From positions 1 through 50,938 of the forward strand of contig DATLTX010000086.1 in the NCBI GenBank assembly GCA_035533435.1: 50,938 nt of DNA. Direction: 5' to 3'. A program made the translations under genes and the position numbers. Origin of the DNA: Candidatus Binataceae bacterium. Its GTDB lineage: Bacteria; Desulfobacterota; Binatia; Binatales; Binataceae. Shown here piece after piece: positions 25,588 through 34,563 of this stretch. Positions within the stretch are counted from its first letter, which is position 1; each line of letters opens with the position of its first letter. The notes under the pieces are model-generated. The model was not told where the DNA came from, ran no database searches, and saw only the letters and a program-made list of their open reading frames with translations.

Positions 25588-27417
25588 ATGAGTCGCTTGC
25601 GAGCAAGATTTCTTGTCGCCTTCCTGCTCCTGCAGTTGATCCCGACGATCGCGATCGCGATGTTCTCGCTGTCATACGCGATCAAGAACTTCGTCAACGG
25701 TATCGCCGACTCCGGCAACCTGATGACCGAGCAGATATATGAACAAATTCGCACCACTCTCGAGGCTTCGCACACCGACCCCGCCGCCGCGCTGCTGAGC
25801 GACGCCCCGCTAAAGGCTTTGCTCGCATCGACACAGGCATTCGGATGGGCTGTGGTGAGCGCGCGCGTGCTTGATCCGCAGGGCACGGTGATGGTCGCGC
25901 CCGAGGGCCAGGCAGGCGGGAAAAAACAACCGCCGCTGCCCTCGATGGGCGCGCTGCAAAGCACGCTCTCGAGTTGGTGGCCATTCCCGGCGCTCCATGC
26001 GCTGCTGATTGACCGGGAATATGCGATCTCGCGGCCGATCGAGATTGCCGGCCGACCCTTTGCGACCATTTCGGTGACCATCACCACGACTCTGTTAGCC
26101 GCTCAGACGCGCAGCCTTGCGATCGTTTTTGCCGCGTTTATCGCGGTCGATCTGATCGCAGTATTGGTGGCCGCTACCATCCTGCGCAACCTGATGTTCG
26201 ACGGGTTCAGCCTGATCGCCGCGGGATTGGGCCGCTCCGATGAAGCGCGCTCGATCGTCGGCGCGGGCGCCGATCTTAGCGGCCTTGCGGAGCGCTTCAA
26301 GCGCCTGTCGCTGCAAGTCCACTCCGAGTCTGGCCGCTGGGAGAGCAAACCCAGCCACGCCTTCGACATGATTCGATCGATCCGCGACGGTGTGATGCTC
26401 CTCGACGGCGAAGGCACCCTCCTGTTCGCCAACCCAGAGGCCCACGCCGTTCTGGGCCTGACCCGGACCGGCACCGCCGAAGGACGCCCGCTGAGCGTGC
26501 TGTTGCGCAAAAACCATCCGCTGGTCCTGATGGCCGAGGCGGCGATCGAATCCGGCGCAGAGGCGCACGATGTTCCGATCAAAGCCGACGATCCGGACTC
26601 GGAACGCGCCTCGATGCTGGTGTCGTTTTTCCGGCTTGGGACCAGCCGTAGCCCGATGGGCCTGCTGCTGGTGCTGCGCGACATGAACGCGGTCCACGAG
26701 CTGGAAAACGTGGTCGAGTATTCGAGCCGCCTGGCCCGCCTGGGCGCGCTTATCTCGGGCGTGGCGCATCAGTTGCGCAGCCCCTTGCAAGCGATGGCCT
26801 TGCGGCTAAGCTTGCTCCACGACGACGCGGCTGCGGGCCGCGATATCGATCGCCATCTCGAGCATCTGCGCAGCGACGTGCGCCGGCTCGATCAGTCGGT
26901 GGAGGCGATGCTGCGGTTCATGCGTCCGGCCGAGCTCAAGATCAGCGAGTTCAATCCCAACGACTTGCTGACCGAACTCGCGGCGAGCGTCAAATCGGCA
27001 AATGTGACAATAGCTTTGCGCCTCGACCCAGCGCTGCCCGTAATCAAGGCCGATCGCGCGATGGTTTCGGAGGCGCTTGCAAACGTGATCCAGAACGCGG
27101 TACAGGCGATGCCGGGCGGTGGGCCGGTGACGCTCCATAGCGCCGCGCGCAACGGGATGGTCGAGCTCGAGGTTTCGGATCTTGGAGAAGGCGTCGCCCC
27201 CGAAAAGCTGGAGCAGATTTTTGACCTGTACTATACAACCAAGCGCGAGGGCAGCGGACTCGGACTCCCGCTGGCGCTGCGCGCGATCGAGTTGAACCAC
27301 GGCACGATTGAGATAGCATCGAACATTGGCGAAGGAACCACTTGCAAGGTCAGATTTCCGGTTGCCGCCGACGCGTCGCGGCTCTCGATTGACTCGGCCA
27401 ACTCGCCGTCGGCCTGA
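25588..27417 (+). CDS. sensor histidine kinase (NtrB/AtoS-like; TM sensor - PAS - HisKA - HATPase_c)
   Basis: 609 aa. H-box ISGVAHQLRSPLQAM, N-box and G-boxes (DLGEGVAPEKLEQIFDLYYTTK, GSGLGL), N-terminal TM segments. Confidence 0.9.
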   Translation: MSRLRARFLVAFLLLQLIPTIAIAMFSLSYAIKNFVNGIADSGNLMTEQIYEQIRTTLEASHTDPAAALLSDAPLKALLASTQAFGWAVVSARVLDPQGTVMVAPEGQAGGKKQPPLPSMGALQSTLSSWWPFPALHALLIDREYAISRPIEIAGRPFATISVTITTTLLAAQTRSLAIVFAAFIAVDLIAVLVAATILRNLMFDGFSLIAAGLGRSDEARSIVGAGADLSGLAERFKRLSLQVHSESGRWESKPSHAFDMIRSIRDGVMLLDGEGTLLFANPEAHAVLGLTRTGTAEGRPLSVLLRKNHPLVLMAEAAIESGAEAHDVPIKADDPDSERASMLVSFFRLGTSRSPMGLLLVLRDMNAVHELENVVEYSSRLARLGALISGVAHQLRSPLQAMALRLSLLHDDAAAGRDIDRHLEHLRSDVRRLDQSVEAMLRFMRPAELKISEFNPNDLLTELAASVKSANVTIALRLDPALPVIKADRAMVSEALANVIQNAVQAMPGGGPVTLHSAARNGMVELEVSDLGEGVAPEKLEQIFDLYYTTKREGSGLGLPLALRAIELNHGTIEIASNIGEGTTCKVRFPVAADASRLSIDSANSPSA

Positions 27418-28102
27418 CCTCCCATCTTTACGCGCGGCCGCCGCTTTTCTGGCCTGTGCGATAATTGCGGGGACGCTGACCGCGTGCGCCGAGTGGCAGC
27501 CGTTTTATCAGCCGCCGCAAGCCGCCGCGGCCAATTCGTCCACAACGGCTGCGCCGATCCAGTCCCCGTCTCCGTCCCCAACGCCAACTCCGGTCGCCGC
27601 CGGAGCCGACACCAGCTCCGCCGCGGCGATCGCGATCGAGAAGGCCAATCGCGCCGCCGAGAAAGCCGCCGAGGCCGCAAAGATCGCCGCCGAGGCTTCG
27701 GCTGCCGCGCACGAAGCCGCCGCCGCCGCCGCCAAAGCGTCGCTCGGCGCGCATCCCGCCACGCCATCAGGCGCGCCAACCGCCAACGCAACACCCGGCG
27801 GTGCCTCCACAGCAGCGAGCGCGGGAACGCCCGCTCAGCCTGGCGTAGGCTCAACACCGACCATGATTACCGATTCGTCCGCCGAGCGCAGCGACGACGC
27901 CGTCAAATCGATTCAGCAAGTGAGCGCGTCAGTCGGGCGAATCGATCGAACCCATCTTAGCGACTCCGACGCCCAGAGCTACGACCTCGCGGTTAGCCTG
28001 CTCGACAGCGCGCAAAAGGCGCTCACCCGAAAAGAATACTCGGCGGCGGCAAGCCTCTCGCACAAGGCCGAGATTCTGCTCAGTACGATACCGGGAAACT
28101 AA
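27389..28102 (+). CDS. Ala/Pro/Thr-rich lipoprotein with C-terminal helical domain
   Basis: Lipobox AGTLTAC, a low-complexity PSPSPTPTP / Ala-rich coiled region, and a C-terminal SYDLAVSLLDSAQKALTRKEYSAAASL helix pair. Start uncertain (TTG at 27389 or TTG at 27326); both overlap the kinase 3' end. Confidence 0.5.
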   Translation: MTRPTRRRPDLPSLRAAAAFLACAIIAGTLTACAEWQPFYQPPQAAAANSSTTAAPIQSPSPSPTPTPVAAGADTSSAAAIAIEKANRAAEKAAEAAKIAAEASAAAHEAAAAAAKASLGAHPATPSGAPTANATPGGASTAASAGTPAQPGVGSTPTMITDSSAERSDDAVKSIQQVSASVGRIDRTHLSDSDAQSYDLAVSLLDSAQKALTRKEYSAAASLSHKAEILLSTIPGN

Positions 28103-28264
28103 TCTCGACGGACCGCCGGGTTGCTTGTGGTGTTCCTCGAGCGCCACAAGGTCTATAATTTGTACACGCTCGGTAATTTTTGCTGCGCGATACCATGAAA
28201 AGTCAATGTTTTGATCGCCTTTTTCGGGTATGGCATTTGCGTCTAGCGTCGCGAGGTTTTGCCG

Positions 28265-29626
28265 ATGGACCATGTAACCAGGATCCTGATCGCCGAGGAT
28301 GACGCTTCGACTCATGAAACTTGGCGCGAGTCGCTGTCAGCATGGGGCTACGGCGTTGAGGTCGCGGAAGATGGTGTGCGTGCGCTCGAGCTGATCAATT
28401 CGTTCAATCCCCATCTCCTGCTTGCCGACGTCAAGATGCCGCGCAAAAGCGGACTCGATCTGTTGCGCGATATCCGCGAGATGGGCGTCAATCTGCCGAC
28501 GATTATGATCTCGGGAGAAGGCGATATTCCTGAGGCGGTCGAGGCGATCAAGCTCGGCGCGATCGACTATCTGCGCAAGCCTGTCGATCCGCCGCACTTG
28601 CGCCAGATGCTCAGGACACTGGCGGATAGTATCGAAGTCCGCGAGGAGAACCTGGCTCTACGCCGCCGCCTGGCCGAGGTCGGCGAACTCGGTCCGCTGT
28701 TTGGCCGTTCGCCGGCGATGCGCAAGGTGCTGGCCGCGATCGAACGGGTCGCGCAGTCGTCGGCCTCGGTCGTGATCTCGGGCGAAAGCGGCACCGGCAA
28801 AGAGCTGGTCGCACGGACGATCCACGAGATGTCTCCGCGCCGCGCAGCCGCATATATCGGCGTCAACTGCGCCGCGATTCCCGAGACTCTGATGGAGAGC
28901 GAGCTGTTCGGCCACGAGCGCGGAGCTTTCACTGGCGCCGATCGCAGGCGCGAAGGATGCTTCGAGCTGGCCAACGGCGGAACCCTCTTGCTCGACGAGA
29001 TCACCGAGATGAAGCCGGAGTTGCAGGCCAAGCTCCTGCGCGTGATCGAAGAGCAGCGCATGCGCCGGCTGGGCGGCTCGACCGAGATTACGCTCGACGT
29101 GCGCGTACTGGCCGCGTCCAACCGCGATATCGAGCAAGCCGTGCGCGACGGCAAGCTGCGCGAGGATCTGTTTTACCGCCTGAACGTCTTTTCGATCCGT
29201 CTGCCGCCGTTGCGCGAGCGCGCCGACGATCTGCCGATGCTGATCGAGTCGTTCGTCGCGCATTACGCCAAGCGCAATAATAAGCAAATCGCCGGCGTGG
29301 ACGAGGATTGTCTGGCCGCCCTGCGCTCGCATCCGTGGCCTGGCAATGTTCGCCAACTGCGCAATGTGATCGAGCGCGCGATGATCGTCTGCGACGGACG
29401 AATGATCGGCAAGCACGATCTACCCGACGAATTTCGCGCCGCATCGCAGAGCGACAGCGGCTACTTCAAAATCCGGCTCGGCTCCTCGCTCGATGAGGTC
29501 GAGCGCGAGATCATCTCGCGCACCATCGAGTTCACCGGCGGCAACAAGACCCGCGCCGCGCAAGTCCTGGGCGTCAGCGCCAAGACCCTCTACAACAAGC
29601 TCGATCGCTACGCGCAGGAGAATTAA
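28265..29626 (+). CDS. sigma54-dependent response regulator (NtrC/AtoC family enhancer-binding protein: REC - AAA+ - Fis HTH)
   Basis: REC (ILIAEDD...DVKMP), Walker A GESGTGKE, GAFTGA loop, C-terminal HTH NKTRAAQVLGVSAKTLYNKL. Confidence 0.95.
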   Translation: MDHVTRILIAEDDASTHETWRESLSAWGYGVEVAEDGVRALELINSFNPHLLLADVKMPRKSGLDLLRDIREMGVNLPTIMISGEGDIPEAVEAIKLGAIDYLRKPVDPPHLRQMLRTLADSIEVREENLALRRRLAEVGELGPLFGRSPAMRKVLAAIERVAQSSASVVISGESGTGKELVARTIHEMSPRRAAAYIGVNCAAIPETLMESELFGHERGAFTGADRRREGCFELANGGTLLLDEITEMKPELQAKLLRVIEEQRMRRLGGSTEITLDVRVLAASNRDIEQAVRDGKLREDLFYRLNVFSIRLPPLRERADDLPMLIESFVAHYAKRNNKQIAGVDEDCLAALRSHPWPGNVRQLRNVIERAMIVCDGRMIGKHDLPDEFRAASQSDSGYFKIRLGSSLDEVEREIISRTIEFTGGNKTRAAQVLGVSAKTLYNKLDRYAQEN

Positions 29627-29698
29627 CCGCCGTCTTCAAGCAAGGTCGCGGTTCCGCTGCCGCCCTTGTACGTTGCGCGCCGCTCTCTGCGCGCGCCG

Positions 29699-30925
29699 CT
29701 AGAGGCTGATCACGTCCTCGTTCGGATGGTCCAGCAGCAGGAATGCGAGCATGTAGTCCCGCATATGCCGGGTCAGCAAAAAATTCGCCTGCACGTGATT
29801 GTGTCCGTTGCGCCCAAGTTGACGCGCGAACTCCGGCTCCGACAACAACTGCTTGATCCAGAACGCCGTGCCTTCGATCGTGTGGGTCAGGATGCCCGAG
29901 TACTTGTGCGTGACCTGGAGCGGTATTCCACCCGTCGCACCCGCGATGACCGGCTTCGATTTCCATAGCGCCTCGGACACCGTCAGGCCGAAGCCTTCCT
30001 TGAGCGATTTCTGGATCACCACCGCCGACGCGCTCTGGATCGCGTTGATCTCGAGGTGCGAGGTCGGCGGAAGATCCAGGATGTGCACGTCGATGTCGTT
30101 TCCGGCGCGATCGCGCACCTCGCGCAGGACCTCGGCCCCTTCGGGATCGTCGCTGGCCCCTCCGCCCGCAAGCACGAGCTGGCAATCGACCCGCTGCCGC
30201 GCGAGCTGCCACGCTTCGAGCACTCCGAGCGGATCCTTCAGCCGGTCGAAGCGCGATACCTGCGTGACGATCGGCTTGTCGCTGCGAATCCCGAGCTTCA
30301 TCAGAATCCCCTCGATTTCGGTGCGGCTGAGTTCGCGGTTCTTGTCGGACAGCGGGTCGATCGACGGCGAGATCAGGACCTGCGGAATCGGCAGCGCGCG
30401 GGTGAATTGCGGCGCCGAGAACACGCTCAAATCGAACTGCCGCACCATCGGTTCGATAAATTCCCACGCGCCCGGCGCCGGCGCCGAAAGATCGATATGG
30501 CATCGCCAGATCCACTTCCCGCCGATCGCGGCGCGATTGCGCACCAGCCCCGCGGGCTGCGGATCGTGGATGAACACGATGTCGCCGCGCAAATCCAGAC
30601 GCTCCAGATTGGACGCCGTGGTCAGGTCGAATACTCCCTGGTCCTCGGCCGTGAAGACGTGCGGAGTCCCGTGCAGCGCGTTGTGCAGATGCTTGGTCAG
30701 CGCGAAAAAATCCTGGGTGCCCTCGACGACTTCCCAGCGCGCGTCGATTCCGACCTCGCCCAATAGCGGAATCAGCCGCCCCAATATCTCCGCCACTCCG
30801 CCGCCCGAACGCGTCGAGTTGACGTTTATCACCCGCTTGCCCGCCAGCCGCGAGCCCAGCACCGTGAGCTCCTGTACCACGCCCTCGCCGACGATCGGAA
30901 TATATTCTGCCAGCTTTGCGCCCAT
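29699..30925 (-). CDS. treT: trehalose glycosyltransferring synthase (TreT)-like GT4 glycosyltransferase
   Basis: 408 aa. Blocks VNSTRSGGGVAEIL, WRCHIDLS, SPSIDPLSDKN, VTQVSRFD, DDPEG and KEGFGLTVSEALWKSKPVI match what I recall of archaeal TreT. Confidence 0.75.
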   Translation of the reverse strand: MGAKLAEYIPIVGEGVVQELTVLGSRLAGKRVINVNSTRSGGGVAEILGRLIPLLGEVGIDARWEVVEGTQDFFALTKHLHNALHGTPHVFTAEDQGVFDLTTASNLERLDLRGDIVFIHDPQPAGLVRNRAAIGGKWIWRCHIDLSAPAPGAWEFIEPMVRQFDLSVFSAPQFTRALPIPQVLISPSIDPLSDKNRELSRTEIEGILMKLGIRSDKPIVTQVSRFDRLKDPLGVLEAWQLARQRVDCQLVLAGGGASDDPEGAEVLREVRDRAGNDIDVHILDLPPTSHLEINAIQSASAVVIQKSLKEGFGLTVSEALWKSKPVIAGATGGIPLQVTHKYSGILTHTIEGTAFWIKQLLSEPEFARQLGRNGHNHVQANFLLTRHMRDYMLAFLLLDHPNEDVISL

Positions 30926-30926
30926 C

Positions 30927-31601
30927 TCAGTTGCCCAACCGCTGCTCGACCAGGTTGATCATCCTGCGCCGGAGCCCTTCTTCGGTATGTGTGTACGGAT
31001 CGATCGTTCGCAGCGACTGGGCCAGCGCATGCTCGCCGAGCTGTCCCTCGACCCACGCCGCAAAGTCGTTGTCGCTCTTCTCCAGCCGCAGCCGCGCGTC
31101 GAACATGTGATAGGAAATCGCGCTGCGCGAGACGTAGGTCAGCGCGTTGCAGAACTCGCGCAGGTCGGCTGCGCGCACTCCCGTCGGCATCACGAACGAC
31201 ACCGAACGCATGAAATGGAACTCCTGCCCAAGCGGCGCGGCGCGAACCTCGCTGGTGCGCTCCATCGACGCTTCGATGATCCGAACCAGCGCCACTCGCA
31301 AATCGTGGATAGTCGCGAAGCGCATCACGTCGATCGCCGCCAGTTCTTCGCCCAATCGGCGGTCGAGCAGGATGTTCGATACCCAGTATGCGAAGTCGTT
31401 CGGCGGCTCCGGCGACAGGTGTTGATGCTGCACCAGAAAATGGTGAGTGTGATGGTAGATCACCGAGCCGGGCACGCTGCGCAGATTCTCCGCCATCTCG
31501 GCCAGGTCGCGCGCCCTGCGTCCGGTCAGCAAGGTCAAGTTGAGGCGCGAGCAAAACTCGAAGGGCTGCTCGGCGGTAGTGGGTTTGGTGCTCTCATTCA
31601 T
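30927..31601 (-). CDS. conserved hypothetical protein made of two tandem homologous repeats (possibly DUF5752-like)
   Basis: Its stop is 1 nt from the treT start (TGA-g-ATG). The internal duplication is visible by eye (F.F....TG.RA.DL...NDFA.WV...L). Start at the ATG at 31601 or the TTG at 31646. Confidence 0.55.
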   Translation of the reverse strand: MNESTKPTTAEQPFEFCSRLNLTLLTGRRARDLAEMAENLRSVPGSVIYHHTHHFLVQHQHLSPEPPNDFAYWVSNILLDRRLGEELAAIDVMRFATIHDLRVALVRIIEASMERTSEVRAAPLGQEFHFMRSVSFVMPTGVRAADLREFCNALTYVSRSAISYHMFDARLRLEKSDNDFAAWVEGQLGEHALAQSLRTIDPYTHTEEGLRRRMINLVEQRLGN

Positions 31602-31634
31602 CGCTGATATTCCATTAGTCCGAGTCTCAATATC

Positions 31635-32876
31635 GTGACGAGTCAACTATCAACCAGATCCGCGAAGCGCCGCGCATTCGTCTGCGCCATCGTGTGCCTC
31701 GCTGGCGTTATGGGCGGATGCCGCCAGGAAGAGCCGCCGCGCGTGGCGCTCAATATCGCGCTCGCCGTCTTCCCCGACGAGGCCGCACGCTACGCCCGGT
31801 TCGTTTCCAGCTTCGAGGCGGCGCATCAGGTGCGCGTCAATATCGTCGCGCAATCTTACGGCGATATTCTCCAGGCGCTGCGCGTGCAGGCCGAAAGCCG
31901 CCGCGGCTCGCTCGACCTCGTCGAGCTCGACCTTGCGATGCTCGGCCAGGCGCGCTCCGACGCCGCGGTGCTCGACGATCTGGTTACGCCTTCCGCACAC
32001 TCTCTATTCTCCGGACCGGCGTGGGCCGCGGCAACCGTAAAACATCACATATATTTTATTCCGCATCGCCTGATGTGGGAGGCGATGATCTACAACCGGA
32101 TCGAAGTTCCCGACCCGCCCCGCACCTGGGACGAGCTGGCGCGCTTCGCCCGCGCCCATCCCGGCAAGCTCGCGCTCAAGGCGGCGCGGTACGAGGGCGC
32201 GGTCTGCGACGCGATGGCGTTTGTGTGGAGCGCGGGCGGCGGCTATTGCGATCCCGAGTCGGGCGGATCGCTGCGAGCTTTTGACTTCCTGCGCAGCCTT
32301 GCGCCCGATCTGAATGACGAGTCGGCGGTGTTCCGCGAGATGTCGATCCTCGAGGCGCAGGCGCGCGGCACCGTCTGGATTCATTTCAACTGGCCGTTCG
32401 CTATCGGGTACCTGAAGTCAAAGGGTCTGGCGCCCGAGGTTGACCTGAGCGCGCCGATTCCCGCTGGACCCGCGGGAACCGCGACTCCGCTCGGCGGCGG
32501 CTATCTGGCAATTCCCGTCTCCGCGCCGCATCCCGAGCTCGCACGCGAGTTCCTTGCCTGGCTGCTTACCCCCGAAGCGCAGGCGCGTCTTAGCCGCGAG
32601 CTTGGATGGTATGGTTCGGTCGCGCCGGCGCCGGGCAGCGAAGACGCCGGACTCTACGCGGGGTTTACCGCGATGCGCGATCATGTGCGCGCGCGTCCAG
32701 CGGTCGAATGCTATCCGCAACTGAGTAATCGATGGCAGCGCGCTATCCGCGCGGTGCTGCTGCGCGGGAAGGCTCCTGAAGCCGTGCTGGGCGATATACT
32801 CAGTCAGAATTCCGGCGCGGACGTGTCCGCCGCCGATACGCCATTTGAGCGATGCTGCGCAGGCCTTCCGCAATGA
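31635..32876 (+). CDS. ABC transporter sugar-binding lipoprotein (solute-binding family 1)
   Basis: Lipobox VMGGC. Size and pattern of extracellular solute-binding proteins. First gene of an SBP-permease-permease-ATPase set. Confidence 0.8.
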   Translation: MTSQLSTRSAKRRAFVCAIVCLAGVMGGCRQEEPPRVALNIALAVFPDEAARYARFVSSFEAAHQVRVNIVAQSYGDILQALRVQAESRRGSLDLVELDLAMLGQARSDAAVLDDLVTPSAHSLFSGPAWAAATVKHHIYFIPHRLMWEAMIYNRIEVPDPPRTWDELARFARAHPGKLALKAARYEGAVCDAMAFVWSAGGGYCDPESGGSLRAFDFLRSLAPDLNDESAVFREMSILEAQARGTVWIHFNWPFAIGYLKSKGLAPEVDLSAPIPAGPAGTATPLGGGYLAIPVSAPHPELAREFLAWLLTPEAQARLSRELGWYGSVAPAPGSEDAGLYAGFTAMRDHVRARPAVECYPQLSNRWQRAIRAVLLRGKAPEAVLGDILSQNSGADVSAADTPFERCCAGLPQ

Positions 32877-33724
32877 ATGAACGGTCGCGATACCTCAAAG
32901 GAGCATTCGTCGCGATTCCCTCCCTCTTCATGCTCGCGATGCTGGTCGTGCCTGCCCTCGGCGGCCTTGGCGCATCGTTCAATCACCGCGGTCCCTCGCT
33001 CGAAAACTATTCGGCGCTGGTTCACGACCAGATGTTCTGGCGGGCCGCGCTCGACAACCTGATCCTCCCGATCGCGAGCCTTGCGCTCGAGCTCGCGGCC
33101 GGTCTTGGACTTGCGCTGATGCTGACCGCGCGCGGCAAGCGCTCCGCCGTCGTCGAGGTTGCGGCGATATTGCCGTTTGCGATCCCCGAGATCGTTATCC
33201 TGACGATCGCGCGTTACCTCCTGATGCCGCGCGGCTATGTTAACGGCGCGCTCGAAGCGTTCGGGATGCACGGTGCGGCGTGGCTTTCGCCGCGCGGCTC
33301 GCTCGCGATGCTCTCGGTCGCGGTCGTCGATGCCTGGCACGTCACCCCGATCGTGATGCTGATGCTGATTGCGGGTTTGCAGACGATCCCGCAAGAGCTG
33401 TACGAAGCTGCGCGCCTCGACGGCGCCGGCACGCTTGCCACCTTCAGGCACGTGACGCTGCCGATGCTCGCGCCCGCGATTGTCGGCGCGACAGTCTTGC
33501 GCGGAATCGACGCGCTCAGAATTTTCTCGACCGTGCTCGTGCTGACCGGCCCGGAAGCGGTTCCCGTTCTGTCAACTTACGCTTACGGGCAGTGGACCGA
33601 CGCGCAAGCGCCGCGAGTCGCGATGGCGGCGGCGATGGTGCTGGCGATGGTCGTGACGATCTTCGCGCTGGCGGGCACGCTCGCCGTGCGGCGATGGGCC
33701 TCGCAGCCGGGAGCGAGCCAGTGA
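32873..33724 (+). CDS. sugar ABC transporter permease (MalF/UgpA-like)
   Basis: EAA loop YEAARLDGAGTLATFRHVTLPML. The ATG overlaps the SBP stop (ATGA). Confidence 0.9.
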   Translation: MNERSRYLKGAFVAIPSLFMLAMLVVPALGGLGASFNHRGPSLENYSALVHDQMFWRAALDNLILPIASLALELAAGLGLALMLTARGKRSAVVEVAAILPFAIPEIVILTIARYLLMPRGYVNGALEAFGMHGAAWLSPRGSLAMLSVAVVDAWHVTPIVMLMLIAGLQTIPQELYEAARLDGAGTLATFRHVTLPMLAPAIVGATVLRGIDALRIFSTVLVLTGPEAVPVLSTYAYGQWTDAQAPRVAMAAAMVLAMVVTIFALAGTLAVRRWASQPGASQ

Positions 33725-34560
33725 GCGCGCCTGTGCGAAGCGATCGGATCGAGCGCCCGCTCGCGGTAATGCGAATCGCGCTGAGTGCGGCCGTGATCGC
33801 CGCGGCCGTCGTGCCGCTCTACTTGCTCGCAAAGCAGGCGCTTACCCCTGAGCTCGAGACCTTCGCATGGCCGCCGTCGTGGCTGCCGCGCGATCTGACG
33901 CTCAGGAATTTTGCGGCCGTCTTCGCCGTGGGCGAGCTGCGCGGTGCGATTGTTCGCAGCCTCTGCGTCGGCGCGATTTCCGCCGCGGGCGCCACCGTCC
34001 TGGGCGCGATGCTGGCGTACGCGATGGCGCGCGGCGGCGCGGCGCAGCGCGTGGGCTTTGCCGCAGTCTCGGGTGTGCGCCTCCTCCCGATGATCGCGGT
34101 TGCGATTCCGGCCGGAATCATGCTCGCGTCGCTCGGGCTTTACGACACGCCGGGCGCGCTCGGCCTTGCGGTTATCCACTGCGCGATCGCGATTCCCACC
34201 GCCGCGCTCACGCTCTATGCCGCGTTCGCCGCGGTGCCGCGCGAAATCGAAGAGGCGGCGTGGCTCGACGGCGCGTCGCCGGTTCGAGTGTTCTTCGCGA
34301 TCGATCTGCCAATCGTGCGCGGCGCGCTGTCCGCCGCTTTCGTGCTGTGCTTCATCCTGAGCTGGGACGAATTCGGCTTCGCGCTGCTCTTGCAGCAGAC
34401 CAATCGCACGCTGCCACCTCTACTTTACTACTACACCGTGTTCGGCAACGTCGGACCGGCCAGCGCGCTGGCGCTCCTGATGATGATCCCGGCGGTGTGC
34501 GTCGTGATCGCACTCGGACCGGCGATGCGCACGGCGATGGTGACGGGGAGTTCGCGTTAG
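33721..34560 (+). CDS. sugar ABC transporter permease (MalG/UgpE-like)
   Basis: The GTG at 33721 overlaps the upstream stop (GTGA). EAA loop EEAAWLDGASPVRVFFAIDLPIV. The upstream part of the supplied 426-aa ORF is Arg-rich overlap. Confidence 0.9.
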   Translation: MSAPVRSDRIERPLAVMRIALSAAVIAAAVVPLYLLAKQALTPELETFAWPPSWLPRDLTLRNFAAVFAVGELRGAIVRSLCVGAISAAGATVLGAMLAYAMARGGAAQRVGFAAVSGVRLLPMIAVAIPAGIMLASLGLYDTPGALGLAVIHCAIAIPTAALTLYAAFAAVPREIEEAAWLDGASPVRVFFAIDLPIVRGALSAAFVLCFILSWDEFGFALLLQQTNRTLPPLLYYYTVFGNVGPASALALLMMIPAVCVVIALGPAMRTAMVTGSSR

Positions 34561-34563
34561 CGG

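Noticed and set aside
27500-27800. GCC/GCG-rich repetitive DNA that could be mistaken for a repeat array
   Set aside because: It is in-frame low-complexity coding sequence (Ala/Pro-rich linker of the lipoprotein). There is no spacer-repeat periodicity, and no CRISPR-like array exists anywhere in the window.
28194-28301. 35-codon ORF (MKSQCFDRLF...) in the lipoprotein/EBP intergenic region, near a TATAAT box and a CTTGTGG...CCACAAG hairpin
   Set aside because: It has no RBS, a poor composition, and overlaps the EBP start. The hairpin and TATAAT may be a terminator and an internal promoter, but the evidence is thin.
33280-33720. 147-codon N-terminal extension of the second ABC permease ORF
   Set aside because: The extension is Arg/Asp-rich and fully overlaps the first permease. 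A GTG at 33721 overlapping the upstream stop gives a normal 279-aa MalG-type permease.
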